Assembly (NCBI GenBank): GCA_041694835.1
Contig: JBGFRZ010000023.1
Span: 1-21,912, forward strand
Direction: 5' to 3'
Origin: Ignavibacteria bacterium
GTDB taxonomy: Bacteria; Elusimicrobiota; Endomicrobiia; PHAN01
DNA: 21,912 nucleotides
Part shown: positions 1 through 6,181 of the stretch, one piece after another
Layout of the letters: each line of letters starts with the position of its first letter
How positions within the stretch are numbered: position 1 is the first letter of the stretch
The notes under the pieces: model-generated
What the model was told of the DNA's origin: nothing
Database searches by the model: none
What the model saw: the letters and a program-made list of their open reading frames with translations, nothing else
Position numbers and translations under genes: made by a program

Positions 1-199
1 CCATAATTTGATAACATTAAATTGTTCTGCTATAATTCTACACATTTATATGATACCAAATTTAATAAAAATAGGCAAAAAATTTTAGGGAGTTCCTTGT
101 CGTTGCTCGCGTATGGGCGGGTGGGACAAGGGCAATACCTCTTTCTGGCGGCGCATTTCGCAAGGCGAAATACGAAAAATTGCGGCGGCGAAAAAGCGA

Positions 200-252
200 G
201 GGCGGGGCGGGAATTTATTTTCCCCACACCCCTTTTTCTTCCCGCCCCGCCC
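200..252. repeat. Perfect 14-bp GC-rich inverted repeat with 25-nt spacer
   Basis: GGGCGGGGCGGGAA (200-213) and TTCCCGCCCCGCCC (239-252) are exact reverse complements. Confidence 0.9.
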
Positions 253-273
253 GAGTGTTCCGTTTTTGTTTCA

Positions 274-290
274 GCCGCGCGAAGCGCGGC
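274..290 (+). repeat. GAA-triloop hairpin
   Basis: GCCGCGC-GAA-GCGCGGC, adjacent to the stop codon (293-295, minus strand) of the alternative recombinase tail. Confidence 0.85.
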
Positions 291-292
291 AA

Positions 293-519
293 TCAATCAG
301 GATTTTGCTCAAAATGGGTTCGCACTTCGTTCAGTAATTGCGACCAATCTAAGCATAGCGAATTTTGCGGGCAGTTTGTTTGCTCGCTCGCCGCGTCTTC
401 GGCGGGTGCGGAGTTTATCCGACCTCTGGCGGACTCGCATTTTTCCTTGTATTTCGGCACAAAATCAAACGGACGGACAAAATCAAAAATCAGCTTTCTG
501 TCCAGCGGGCGGCGGTTCG
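293..519 (-). other. Inverted, start-less copy of the recombinase 3' end with an alternative C-terminus; attP-like site
   Basis: The reverse complement of 341-519 aligns ungapped to 2076-2254 (165/179 identical). It encodes NRRPLDRKLIFDFVRPFDFVPKYKEKCESARGRINSAPAEDAASEQTNCPQNSLCLDWS, then diverges to QLLNEVRTHFEQNPD* instead of GWSDLN*. Confidence 0.9.
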
Positions 520-520
520 G

Positions 521-535
521 GGCGGCGAAGCCGCC
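521..535 (+). repeat. GAA-triloop hairpin at the boundary of the inverted copy
   Basis: GGCGGC-GAA-GCCGCC begins at 521, just after homology to the recombinase ends at 519. Confidence 0.85.
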
Positions 536-596
536 AGAGCAAAAACACACCATTAAGAAATTTATTGAAATGTTTTTGCTTTCCAATTTTTTCCGC

Positions 597-619
597 GTGT
601 CCCGATGAAATCGGAACAC
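597..619 (+). repeat. Imperfect palindrome with GAA loop
   Basis: GTGT-C-CCGAT-GAA-ATCGG-A-ACAC; the core resembles the CCCGAT..ATCGGG palindromes at 8070 and 13735. Confidence 0.7.
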
Positions 620-649
620 TACGAAGCCAGTTTTTTAATCCCGCGCTTT

Positions 650-666
650 TTCCGCCGAAGGCGGAA
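650..666 (+). repeat. GAA-triloop hairpin upstream of the recombinase RBS
   Basis: TTCCGCC-GAA-GGCGGAA; the same CCGCCGAAGGCGG core recurs inside the recombinase gene at 2190-2202. Confidence 0.85.
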
Positions 667-706
667 TGGCCAAAGGCGACTTATTAAAGTTAAGGAGTAA
701 AACACT

Positions 707-2275
707 ATGAAGGCAAAATATTTTCTTTACGCTCGCAAATCAACGGAAGACGAAGAAAGACAGGTTATGTCCGTTGAAGCGCAACTTACAGAGTTTGCGG
801 ATTTTGCCAAAAGAGAAAACATTGATATTGCCGAACAGTTTATTGAAAGCAAAAGCGCAAAGAAGCCCGGCCGAGAAATTTTTAACGAAATGATGCAGAA
901 AATCTACGAGAGCAAAGAGCCAGTCGGAATTTTAGCGTGGTACCCCGACAGGTTAGCAAGAAACAGCGTTGACGGCGGACAAGTGATTTATTTGATAGAC
1001 ATCGGCAAGATCGTTTCTTTGCGCTTTCCCACTTTTTGGTTTGAACCAACTCCGCAAGGGCTTTTTATGCTTCAAGTCGCCTTTGGCCAATCAAAATATT
1101 ATTCCGACAATTTGTCGGAAAATGTTAAGCGCGGGATTAGGCAAAAACTCAGGCGTGGCGAATGGCCCGGCCTTGCGCCGTTTGGCTATGTGAACAATCC
1201 AAAAACAAGAACGATTGAGCCAGACCCGACCAAAGCCAGAGTTATCAAAAAAGCATTTGAGGAATATGCGCAAGGCCTCCACACTTTACTTTCGCTTGGA
1301 GAACGTCTGAGTTTTTGGGGCGTGGTGAGCGGCACCGGAAAACCGCTTTGTAAAGCGACTTTGCAACGGATGCTAACAAACAAAGTTTATCTCGGCTTAA
1401 TCGTTCACAACGGCGAAACTTACGAGGGCGGTTTTCCGGCAATTGTTTCCAGAGCGACTTTTGAGAAAGTGCAGGAAGTGTTAAAGAACCGAGCCAAGCC
1501 GCACCATTCCAAAAAGCGGCATTACTTTCCGTTCACCGGACTTTTAACTTGCGGCGAGTGCGGCGCGGCTATTACCGCTCAATGGGCGCACGGCAACGGC
1601 GGAACATACCGCTATTATCGTTGCACCAAGCGACTTGGCTCGTGTTCGCAAAAATATTTAAGAGAGGATTTGCTGGTTGAGCAGTTGAAAGACAAAATCT
1701 CAAAAGTCGCTCTTTGTGAAGACTGGAAAGAAAAAATGCTGGCAAAAGTGGAAGTATGGGAAAAGGAAAATATCCAGTCTTCGCAATCTTTCGCCCAAAA
1801 TTTGGAAAAAGAAATCAAGGAAACGGAACAAAAACTTGATAAATTGGTAAACGCCTTTTTGGACGGAAGCATTGAAAAGGAAACTTACCTTGCCAAAAAG
1901 GACGAACTTATCAAAACAAAAACAGACCTCAACAAAAGAAGGGCTGATTTTGGGCGAAATGGAAACAATTGGATTGAACCATTGAAAGAGTGGATTTTGT
2001 CCACTCACCACGCTGAAAAACTGACTTCGTCAAACGATTTTGATGAAATCAAATCGTTTGCGGAAAAAATTGGAACGAACCGCCGCCTGATGGACAGAAA
2101 ACTGATTTTTGATTTTCAAAAGCCCTTTGATTTTGTGCCGAAATACAAGGAAAAATGCGAGTTCGCCAGAGGTCGGATAAACTCCGCACCCGCCGAAGGC
2201 GGGGCGAGCGAGCAAACAAACTGCCCGCAAAATTCGCTATGTTTAGATTGGTCGGGGTGGTCAGATTTGAACTGA
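707..2275 (+). CDS. Large serine recombinase / integrase (resolvase catalytic domain, recombinase domain, zinc ribbon, coiled coil), 522 aa
   Basis: N-terminal YARKST (catalytic Ser), DRLARN motif, YLG in the recombinase domain, CGECG...YYRC...C zinc ribbon, coiled coil LEKEIKETEQKLDKL. RBS TAAGGAG at 691-697. The final codons (WSGWSDLN*) are the antisense of a tRNA 3' end and T-arm. Confidence 0.95.
   Translation: MKAKYFLYARKSTEDEERQVMSVEAQLTEFADFAKRENIDIAEQFIESKSAKKPGREIFNEMMQKIYESKEPVGILAWYPDRLARNSVDGGQVIYLIDIGKIVSLRFPTFWFEPTPQGLFMLQVAFGQSKYYSDNLSENVKRGIRQKLRRGEWPGLAPFGYVNNPKTRTIEPDPTKARVIKKAFEEYAQGLHTLLSLGERLSFWGVVSGTGKPLCKATLQRMLTNKVYLGLIVHNGETYEGGFPAIVSRATFEKVQEVLKNRAKPHHSKKRHYFPFTGLLTCGECGAAITAQWAHGNGGTYRYYRCTKRLGSCSQKYLREDLLVEQLKDKISKVALCEDWKEKMLAKVEVWEKENIQSSQSFAQNLEKEIKETEQKLDKLVNAFLDGSIEKETYLAKKDELIKTKTDLNKRRADFGRNGNNWIEPLKEWILSTHHAEKLTSSNDFDEIKSFAEKIGTNRRLMDRKLIFDFQKPFDFVPKYKEKCEFARGRINSAPAEGGASEQTNCPQNSLCLDWSGWSDLN
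2076..2254 (+). repeat. Right arm of the 179-bp inverted repeat (partner 341-519), ending at the att core TGGTCG
   Basis: Manual ungapped alignment with 14 mismatches; identity stops exactly after TGGTCG. Confidence 0.9.
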
Positions 2276-2281
2276 CGGCCT

Positions 2282-2387
2282 CCCCGCACCAAAACATCGG
2301 AGCGGTGGGATTTGAACCCACGACCTCATGGTCCCAAACCATGCGCGCTGAACCAACTGCGCTACGCTCCGCAATTTTGGTGCGGGG
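2282..2387. repeat. 13-bp perfect inverted repeats enclosing the inner tRNA
   Basis: CCCCGCACCAAAA (2282-2294) and TTTTGGTGCGGGG (2375-2387), each 3 nt from the inner acceptor stem. Confidence 0.9.
2297..2371 (-). tRNA. tRNA-Pro (anticodon UGG), CCA not encoded
   Basis: CGGAGCG-TA-GCGC-AGTTGGTTCA-GCGC-G-CATGG-TTTGGGA-CCATG-AGGTC-GTGGG-TTCAAAT-CCCAC-CGCTCCG-A: all four stems pair perfectly; anticodon at 2336-2334. Confidence 0.95.
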
Positions 2388-2406
2388 CTGACCCTAAACC
2401 AGATGA

Positions 2407-2459
2407 GCTACCCCCCGAACTATGAGAGGGTGTAGCATTACTTTTCCGCTACCCCCCGA
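2407..2459. repeat. 12-bp direct repeat of the outer tRNA 5' end
   Basis: GCTACCCCCCGA at 2407-2418 and 2448-2459, with a near-complementary AGGGTGTAGC (2427-2436) between them. Confidence 0.85.
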
Positions 2460-2466
2460 TGACCAT

Positions 2467-2494
2467 ATTTTATCAATTTTTTATTTTTTCTCAA
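2467..2494 (-). promoter_or_regulatory. Putative sigma70 promoter for the tRNA locus
   Basis: Minus strand TTGAGA (2494-2489), 16-nt spacer ending in TGA, then TAAAAT (2472-2467), i.e. an extended -10. Predicted start near 2460. Confidence 0.55.
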
Positions 2495-2497
2495 AAG

Positions 2498-2506
2498 TGT
2501 TAAAAT
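2498..2506 (+). promoter_or_regulatory. Putative extended -10 promoter for rsmD (short or leaderless mRNA)
   Basis: TGTTAAAAT ending 10 nt upstream of ATG 2517; no Shine-Dalgarno visible. Confidence 0.35.
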
Positions 2507-2516
2507 AGATGCGCAG

Positions 2517-3083
2517 ATGATTAAAATAATCGCCGGCGAGAGTCGCGGGAGAAATATAAAAACACAGAAAGGTCTTGCAGTAAGACCTATTCTTGCTCGC
2601 ACAAGAAAGTCACTCTTTGATATTTTGACTCCAAGGATAGTTGGGGCAAGATTTTTGGACCTTTATGCCGGTAACGGTGTCGTCGGTCTTGAAGCGCTTT
2701 CACGCGGCGCCGCTTTTGCCGTTTTTGTAGAGAACAACAAAGATGCCGTAAAAATAGTTGAAGAAAATATAAAAAACCTGAGTTGCGCAAATCGCGCCAT
2801 AGTTTTTCAAAGAGATGCTCTTTCAGGACTTATTTCCGCCGAGCATCTGGGCGGACAATTCGATATTATTTATATGGGGCCGCCGTATAAAGACGAGCAC
2901 GGAAATCCTGTGTCCTTTGTCGCTCCGACGCTCGCGAACATACTTTCTTCGGATATACTTAAAGAAGATGGAGTTGTCATAGCTCAACACCACAAAAAAG
3001 AAAATGTTTTTTGCGACGGATGGAAGCTTTTCAGGACGAAAGAATACGGTGACACAACGCTTTCATTTTTTGCGAAAAAATAA
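2517..3083 (+). CDS. rsmD: 16S rRNA (guanine(966)-N2)-methyltransferase
   Basis: IIAGESRGR N-terminus, VRP..R.RKSLF, FLDLYAGNGVVGLEALSRGA SAM motif, (G)PPY motif, YGDT C-terminus. Confidence 0.92.
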   Translation: MIKIIAGESRGRNIKTQKGLAVRPILARTRKSLFDILTPRIVGARFLDLYAGNGVVGLEALSRGAAFAVFVENNKDAVKIVEENIKNLSCANRAIVFQRDALSGLISAEHLGGQFDIIYMGPPYKDEHGNPVSFVAPTLANILSSDILKEDGVVIAQHHKKENVFCDGWKLFRTKEYGDTTLSFFAKK

Positions 3084-3260
3084 GATAGAGTAATCAGTCA
3101 AAGATTTCGCAAAAACGCAAGGTCGCCCAGCGAGTGCTCTTGCTCTAAATTGTCCTCTCTCTTCCTTAGGAAACCATGTCCGTTCGGACAATTAAGGTTT
3201 TGCTTCACCATTGCTCGATAAAAATGAAGTGAGCGCTGCGAATAGATTTCATTGGAGCAA

Positions 3261-4025
3261 ATGATAATTAGAAAGGTTTTATCTTATTTTAGATCGGCTA
3301 CGATAAGTTATTCAAAGCTGAGCGCTTTCATTTTTTGTCCGTTCAAGTACAAACTGATTTATGTAAATGATTGGAAGGTTCAGCCGACGCCACATATTTC
3401 GCTGGGTCAGACGGTTCATAAAGTATTGGAAGAGTTCCATAAAAGAAAGTTGAGCACGATTGATGAGCTTTTTTCGCTTTATGACGAACTCTGGGTGAAT
3501 CTCGGCTTCGAAAACGCGGCGGAAACCGTTGAATTTTATGAAAGCGGGAGAAAAATGCTCGTTGATTATCTTTCATGGGAAGACAGTCGTAAGAGAGAAG
3601 GTATAGTTACCGCCTCCGTCGAAAAAGAGTTCGAGTTCAATCTTGGACGGCATAAAATAAAGGGCATAATAGACAGGATAGACAGGTATCCCAACGGTAG
3701 TTATGAGGTCATTGATTACAAAACCCATCGCGCCGAGTGGTCGACGGAAAGACTTGAAAACGATTTGCAGCTTGCGATATATTCTATGGGTTCGAAAAAA
3801 GCGCTCGGCATCGCGCCGTCGAAATTATCGTATCTTTTTTTAAACCAGAATAAATATTTATCCGTGGTAAAGACATCAAAACATGAACGCGAGGCCAAAA
3901 GAATTATTCTGGATGTCGCTGGGAAAATAACGGGGGAAGAGTTTGTCCCCAATACGAAAAACTGCGGGAGATGCGATTTTAGACAGAAATGCCCTCAATC
4001 CGTTGAAAAAGGCAAAGTGTTTTAA
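3261..4025 (+). CDS. PD-(D/E)XK nuclease, RecB/AddB/Cas4-like, with probable Fe-S cluster (start may be TTG 3252)
   Basis: SYS.L..F..CP.KY, G..VH.VLE, VEKEF, GIIDRID, VIDYKT, QLAIY and C-terminal CGRCDFRQKC, giving the 1+3 Cys arrangement. Confidence 0.88.
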   Translation: MIIRKVLSYFRSATISYSKLSAFIFCPFKYKLIYVNDWKVQPTPHISLGQTVHKVLEEFHKRKLSTIDELFSLYDELWVNLGFENAAETVEFYESGRKMLVDYLSWEDSRKREGIVTASVEKEFEFNLGRHKIKGIIDRIDRYPNGSYEVIDYKTHRAEWSTERLENDLQLAIYSMGSKKALGIAPSKLSYLFLNQNKYLSVVKTSKHEREAKRIILDVAGKITGEEFVPNTKNCGRCDFRQKCPQSVEKGKVF

Positions 4026-4058
4026 GAGTAATAAATCATGCAAAGGTTTTTCTTCACC

Positions 4059-4076
4059 GATGCATAGAAATTAATT
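4059..4076. promoter_or_regulatory. Possible single ArgR box upstream of argB
   Basis: TGCAT-AGAA-ATTAA (4061-4074) resembles TG(A/C)AT-N4-AT(G/T)CA and lies upstream of arg genes, but the context is AT-rich and the match is weak. Confidence 0.25.
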
Positions 4077-4094
4077 GGTTTAAGAGGGAAATAT

Positions 4095-4841
4095 ATGAAA
4101 ACGGCTGTAATAAAGATAGGCGGAAGCGTTTTAGCGAAAAGCAGGAAGGATTTCATTGGTTTCCTTAAGAAAGAAACCAAAAAAAGCGACGTTGTGGTCG
4201 TTCATGGCGGTGGCCCCGAGATAAATTCATGGCTTGAAAAATTTGACATAAAGCCGGGATTTGTCTCCGGGTTAAGATATACGGACGCAAAAACTTTGGA
4301 AGTTGTCTGCATGGTTTTAGCGGGAAAAGTCAACAAGGAACTGGTCGCCGCGCTTAATGACTCCGGAATACCATCTGTCGGTTTTTCAGCCTCCGACGGG
4401 AAAATAGCCGTTTGTAGAAGAATAAATGCCCTTGGTTTTGTCGGCTCGCCGGTGAAGATAAACAGAAAACCAGTCATGGACATGGTAAACGGTGGAATCA
4501 TTCCTGTAATCGCCTCGCTCGGTTACGGCCACGGTGGTGTGCTTTTGAACATAAATGCCGACGTCCTGGCGATGGCTTTGGCCTGCGATATAAAGGCCGG
4601 GAAGCTTGTTTTTGTGACCGATGTGCCTGGTATCATGAAAGGTGGTCGCAAAGTGATAAAAAACTTATCGGAAAAGTTGGCGAAGAAATATATCGCCGAC
4701 GGGACGATAACGGGTGGGATGCTCCCGAAAGTGAAGTCCTGTCTTCAAGCCGTCAGAAAAGGCGTGGGCGAGGTCGTCATCACAAATCTTGAAGGCAAAG
4801 GCACGGTGATTAAAGGTGAGAGGAGAGAGATTAGAGAATAG
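4095..4841 (+). CDS. argB: Acetylglutamate kinase
   Basis: VIKIGGS, VVVHGGGPEI, GLRYTD, NINAD, TDVPGI and GGMLPKV motifs. Confidence 0.95.
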   Translation: MKTAVIKIGGSVLAKSRKDFIGFLKKETKKSDVVVVHGGGPEINSWLEKFDIKPGFVSGLRYTDAKTLEVVCMVLAGKVNKELVAALNDSGIPSVGFSASDGKIAVCRRINALGFVGSPVKINRKPVMDMVNGGIIPVIASLGYGHGGVLLNINADVLAMALACDIKAGKLVFVTDVPGIMKGGRKVIKNLSEKLAKKYIADGTITGGMLPKVKSCLQAVRKGVGEVVITNLEGKGTVIKGERREIRE

Positions 4842-4856
4842 AGGATAGAGAATAGG
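4815..4856 (+). repeat. Six degenerate 7-mers (GNNNAGR) overlapping the argB stop
   Basis: ggtgaga ggagaga gattaga gaataga ggataga gaatagg. Confidence 0.8.
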
Positions 4857-4948
4857 GGTTTGAAAAAGGGAGATTAATGAGGATTTCATAAATGTAGAGT
4901 GAAGTAAATGTTTGTGGCCCGGAATTTATCGGCGGATTTCAACATAAT

Positions 4949-6181
4949 ATGAACATTATTAAAATAGAAAAAAAGTGTCATCTTCAGGTTTATAAAAGAA
5001 ACGAAATTGTAGTTAAAAAAGCATCCGGCAAGTATATTTACGACGAAGAAGGTAAAAAATACCTGGATTTTTTTACAGGTGTGAGTGTCTGCAATTTTGA
5101 GCATTGCCATCCGAGAATAGTTTCAGCGATTAAGGGACAATTAAATGATTATATGCATGTCTCAAATCTTTATTATGCCCCCGTCCAGGTCAATTTAGCA
5201 GACAAATTAATAAGTCGCTCGTTCAAGGGGAAAGTGTTTTTTTCAAACTCAGGTGCGGAAGCAAACGAGTGTGCAATAAAAATAGCAAGAAAGTTAGATA
5301 GCGACAAAGCGAGAAATAAAAAAAGATATGAAATAATAACTTTTAACAACTCTTTTCACGGAAGAACTCTTGCGACTCTGACCGCAACGGGTCAGGAAAA
5401 ATTCAAAAAGGGATTTGAGCCGCTGCCGGTTGGTTTTAAACATGCCGATTACAACGACATAAATTCTGTCAAAAAAGTCGTTTCAGAAAAAACCGTTGCC
5501 ATCATCGTTGAACCCGTTCAGGGTGAAGGCGGCGTAGTGCCGGCAAAAAAGGAATTTCTCGTTCAGTTAAGAAAACTCTGTACTCAGAAAAAACTTGTTC
5601 TCATATTTGATGAAATTCAGACGGGGATGGGCCGATGTGGCGAAATTTTTGCGTGGAAAGTTTATGGCGTCAGGCCCGACATTTTTACACTCGCAAAATC
5701 ACTTGGCGGGGGACTTCCACTCGGGGCGACAATAGTTGCAGCTCAATATGATGGTGTTCTCGGTTTTGGGGACCACGGCTCGACTTTTGGTGGAAATCCC
5801 GTTTCCTGCGCCGCCGCCAATGCCGCCATCGACCTTTTAGATGAGGAATTGTTAAAAAATGTGAAAGAAGTTGGACGATATTTCATGCAAGAATTACTTA
5901 AATTGAAGTCGAAACATAAAGTAATCAAAGATGTTCGCGGTTTGGGCTTGATGGTAGGAGTTGAACTTACAGAGAAAGGAGCGGCTATCGTCAAAAAATG
6001 TCAAGACAATGGATTACTGCTCAACTGCACAAAAGATTATGTCCTGAGATTTCTCCCGCCGCTAACAATAACTAAAAAAGATGTGGACACAACAATAAAA
6101 ATTCTGGATAAAGTTTTAAAGAGTGTGGAAAATATTCGTTTTAGACCATTGAAGCAATCAGGTCGCCGACTTCCGTCGTAG
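4949..6181 (+). CDS. argD: Acetylornithine aminotransferase (class III PLP)
   Basis: NSGAEANECAIK, SFHGRT, EPVQGEGG, DEIQTGMGR, AKSLGGG (PLP Lys), HGSTFGGNP; follows argB. Confidence 0.93.
   Translation: MNIIKIEKKCHLQVYKRNEIVVKKASGKYIYDEEGKKYLDFFTGVSVCNFEHCHPRIVSAIKGQLNDYMHVSNLYYAPVQVNLADKLISRSFKGKVFFSNSGAEANECAIKIARKLDSDKARNKKRYEIITFNNSFHGRTLATLTATGQEKFKKGFEPLPVGFKHADYNDINSVKKVVSEKTVAIIVEPVQGEGGVVPAKKEFLVQLRKLCTQKKLVLIFDEIQTGMGRCGEIFAWKVYGVRPDIFTLAKSLGGGLPLGATIVAAQYDGVLGFGDHGSTFGGNPVSCAAANAAIDLLDEELLKNVKEVGRYFMQELLKLKSKHKVIKDVRGLGLMVGVELTEKGAAIVKKCQDNGLLLNCTKDYVLRFLPPLTITKKDVDTTIKILDKVLKSVENIRFRPLKQSGRRLPS

Larger units (their letters stand above)
1..2254. mobile_element. Right-hand end of an integrative element inserted at the 3' end of a tRNA-Pro-like gene; the element presumably continues left of the window
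   Basis: A large serine recombinase gene reads directly into the reverse complement of a tRNA 3' end (junction core TGGTCG 2249-2254 = CGACCA). Housekeeping genes resume on the other side of the tRNA. The left boundary is not visible. Confidence 0.75.
2249..2417 (-). pseudogene. Outer tRNA-Pro-like cloverleaf whose anticodon arm is replaced by an insert
   Basis: 5' half CGGGGGG-TA-GCTC-ATCTGGTTTA-GGGT-C (2417-2390). 3' half AGGCC-GTCAG-TTCAAAT-CTGAC-CACCCCG-A-CCA (2281-2249). C1-G72 and A73 are typical of bacterial tRNA-Pro. There is one G-A mismatch in the acceptor stem and no anticodon loop of its own. Confidence 0.75.

Noticed and set aside
1-60. Minus-strand gene starting at position 4 (CAT)
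   Set aside because: Only one codon is visible and no RBS is evident, so it cannot be supported from this window.
22-687. Overlapping ORFs 22-687, 30-296, 113-337, 180-608, 365-556, and the full 293-619 ORF as genes
   Set aside because: They have no convincing RBS or domain and cross GC-rich hairpins and the inverted repeat. Only the 293-519 portion has protein homology (to the recombinase), and it lacks a credible start.
341-2254. Diversity-generating retroelement TR/VR pair
   Set aside because: The 14 mismatches are not confined to adenines in either copy (only 6 are at A in the gene copy), and no reverse transcriptase is in the window.
2282-2389. Group I or bulge-helix-bulge tRNA intron
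   Set aside because: The insert is too short for a group I core and is itself a tRNA. Removing it leaves no anticodon stem-loop, so splicing would not restore a normal tRNA.
2030-2391. ORFs 2030-2230, 2049-2342 and 2155-2391
   Set aside because: Alternative-frame or antisense readings of the recombinase end and the tRNAs.
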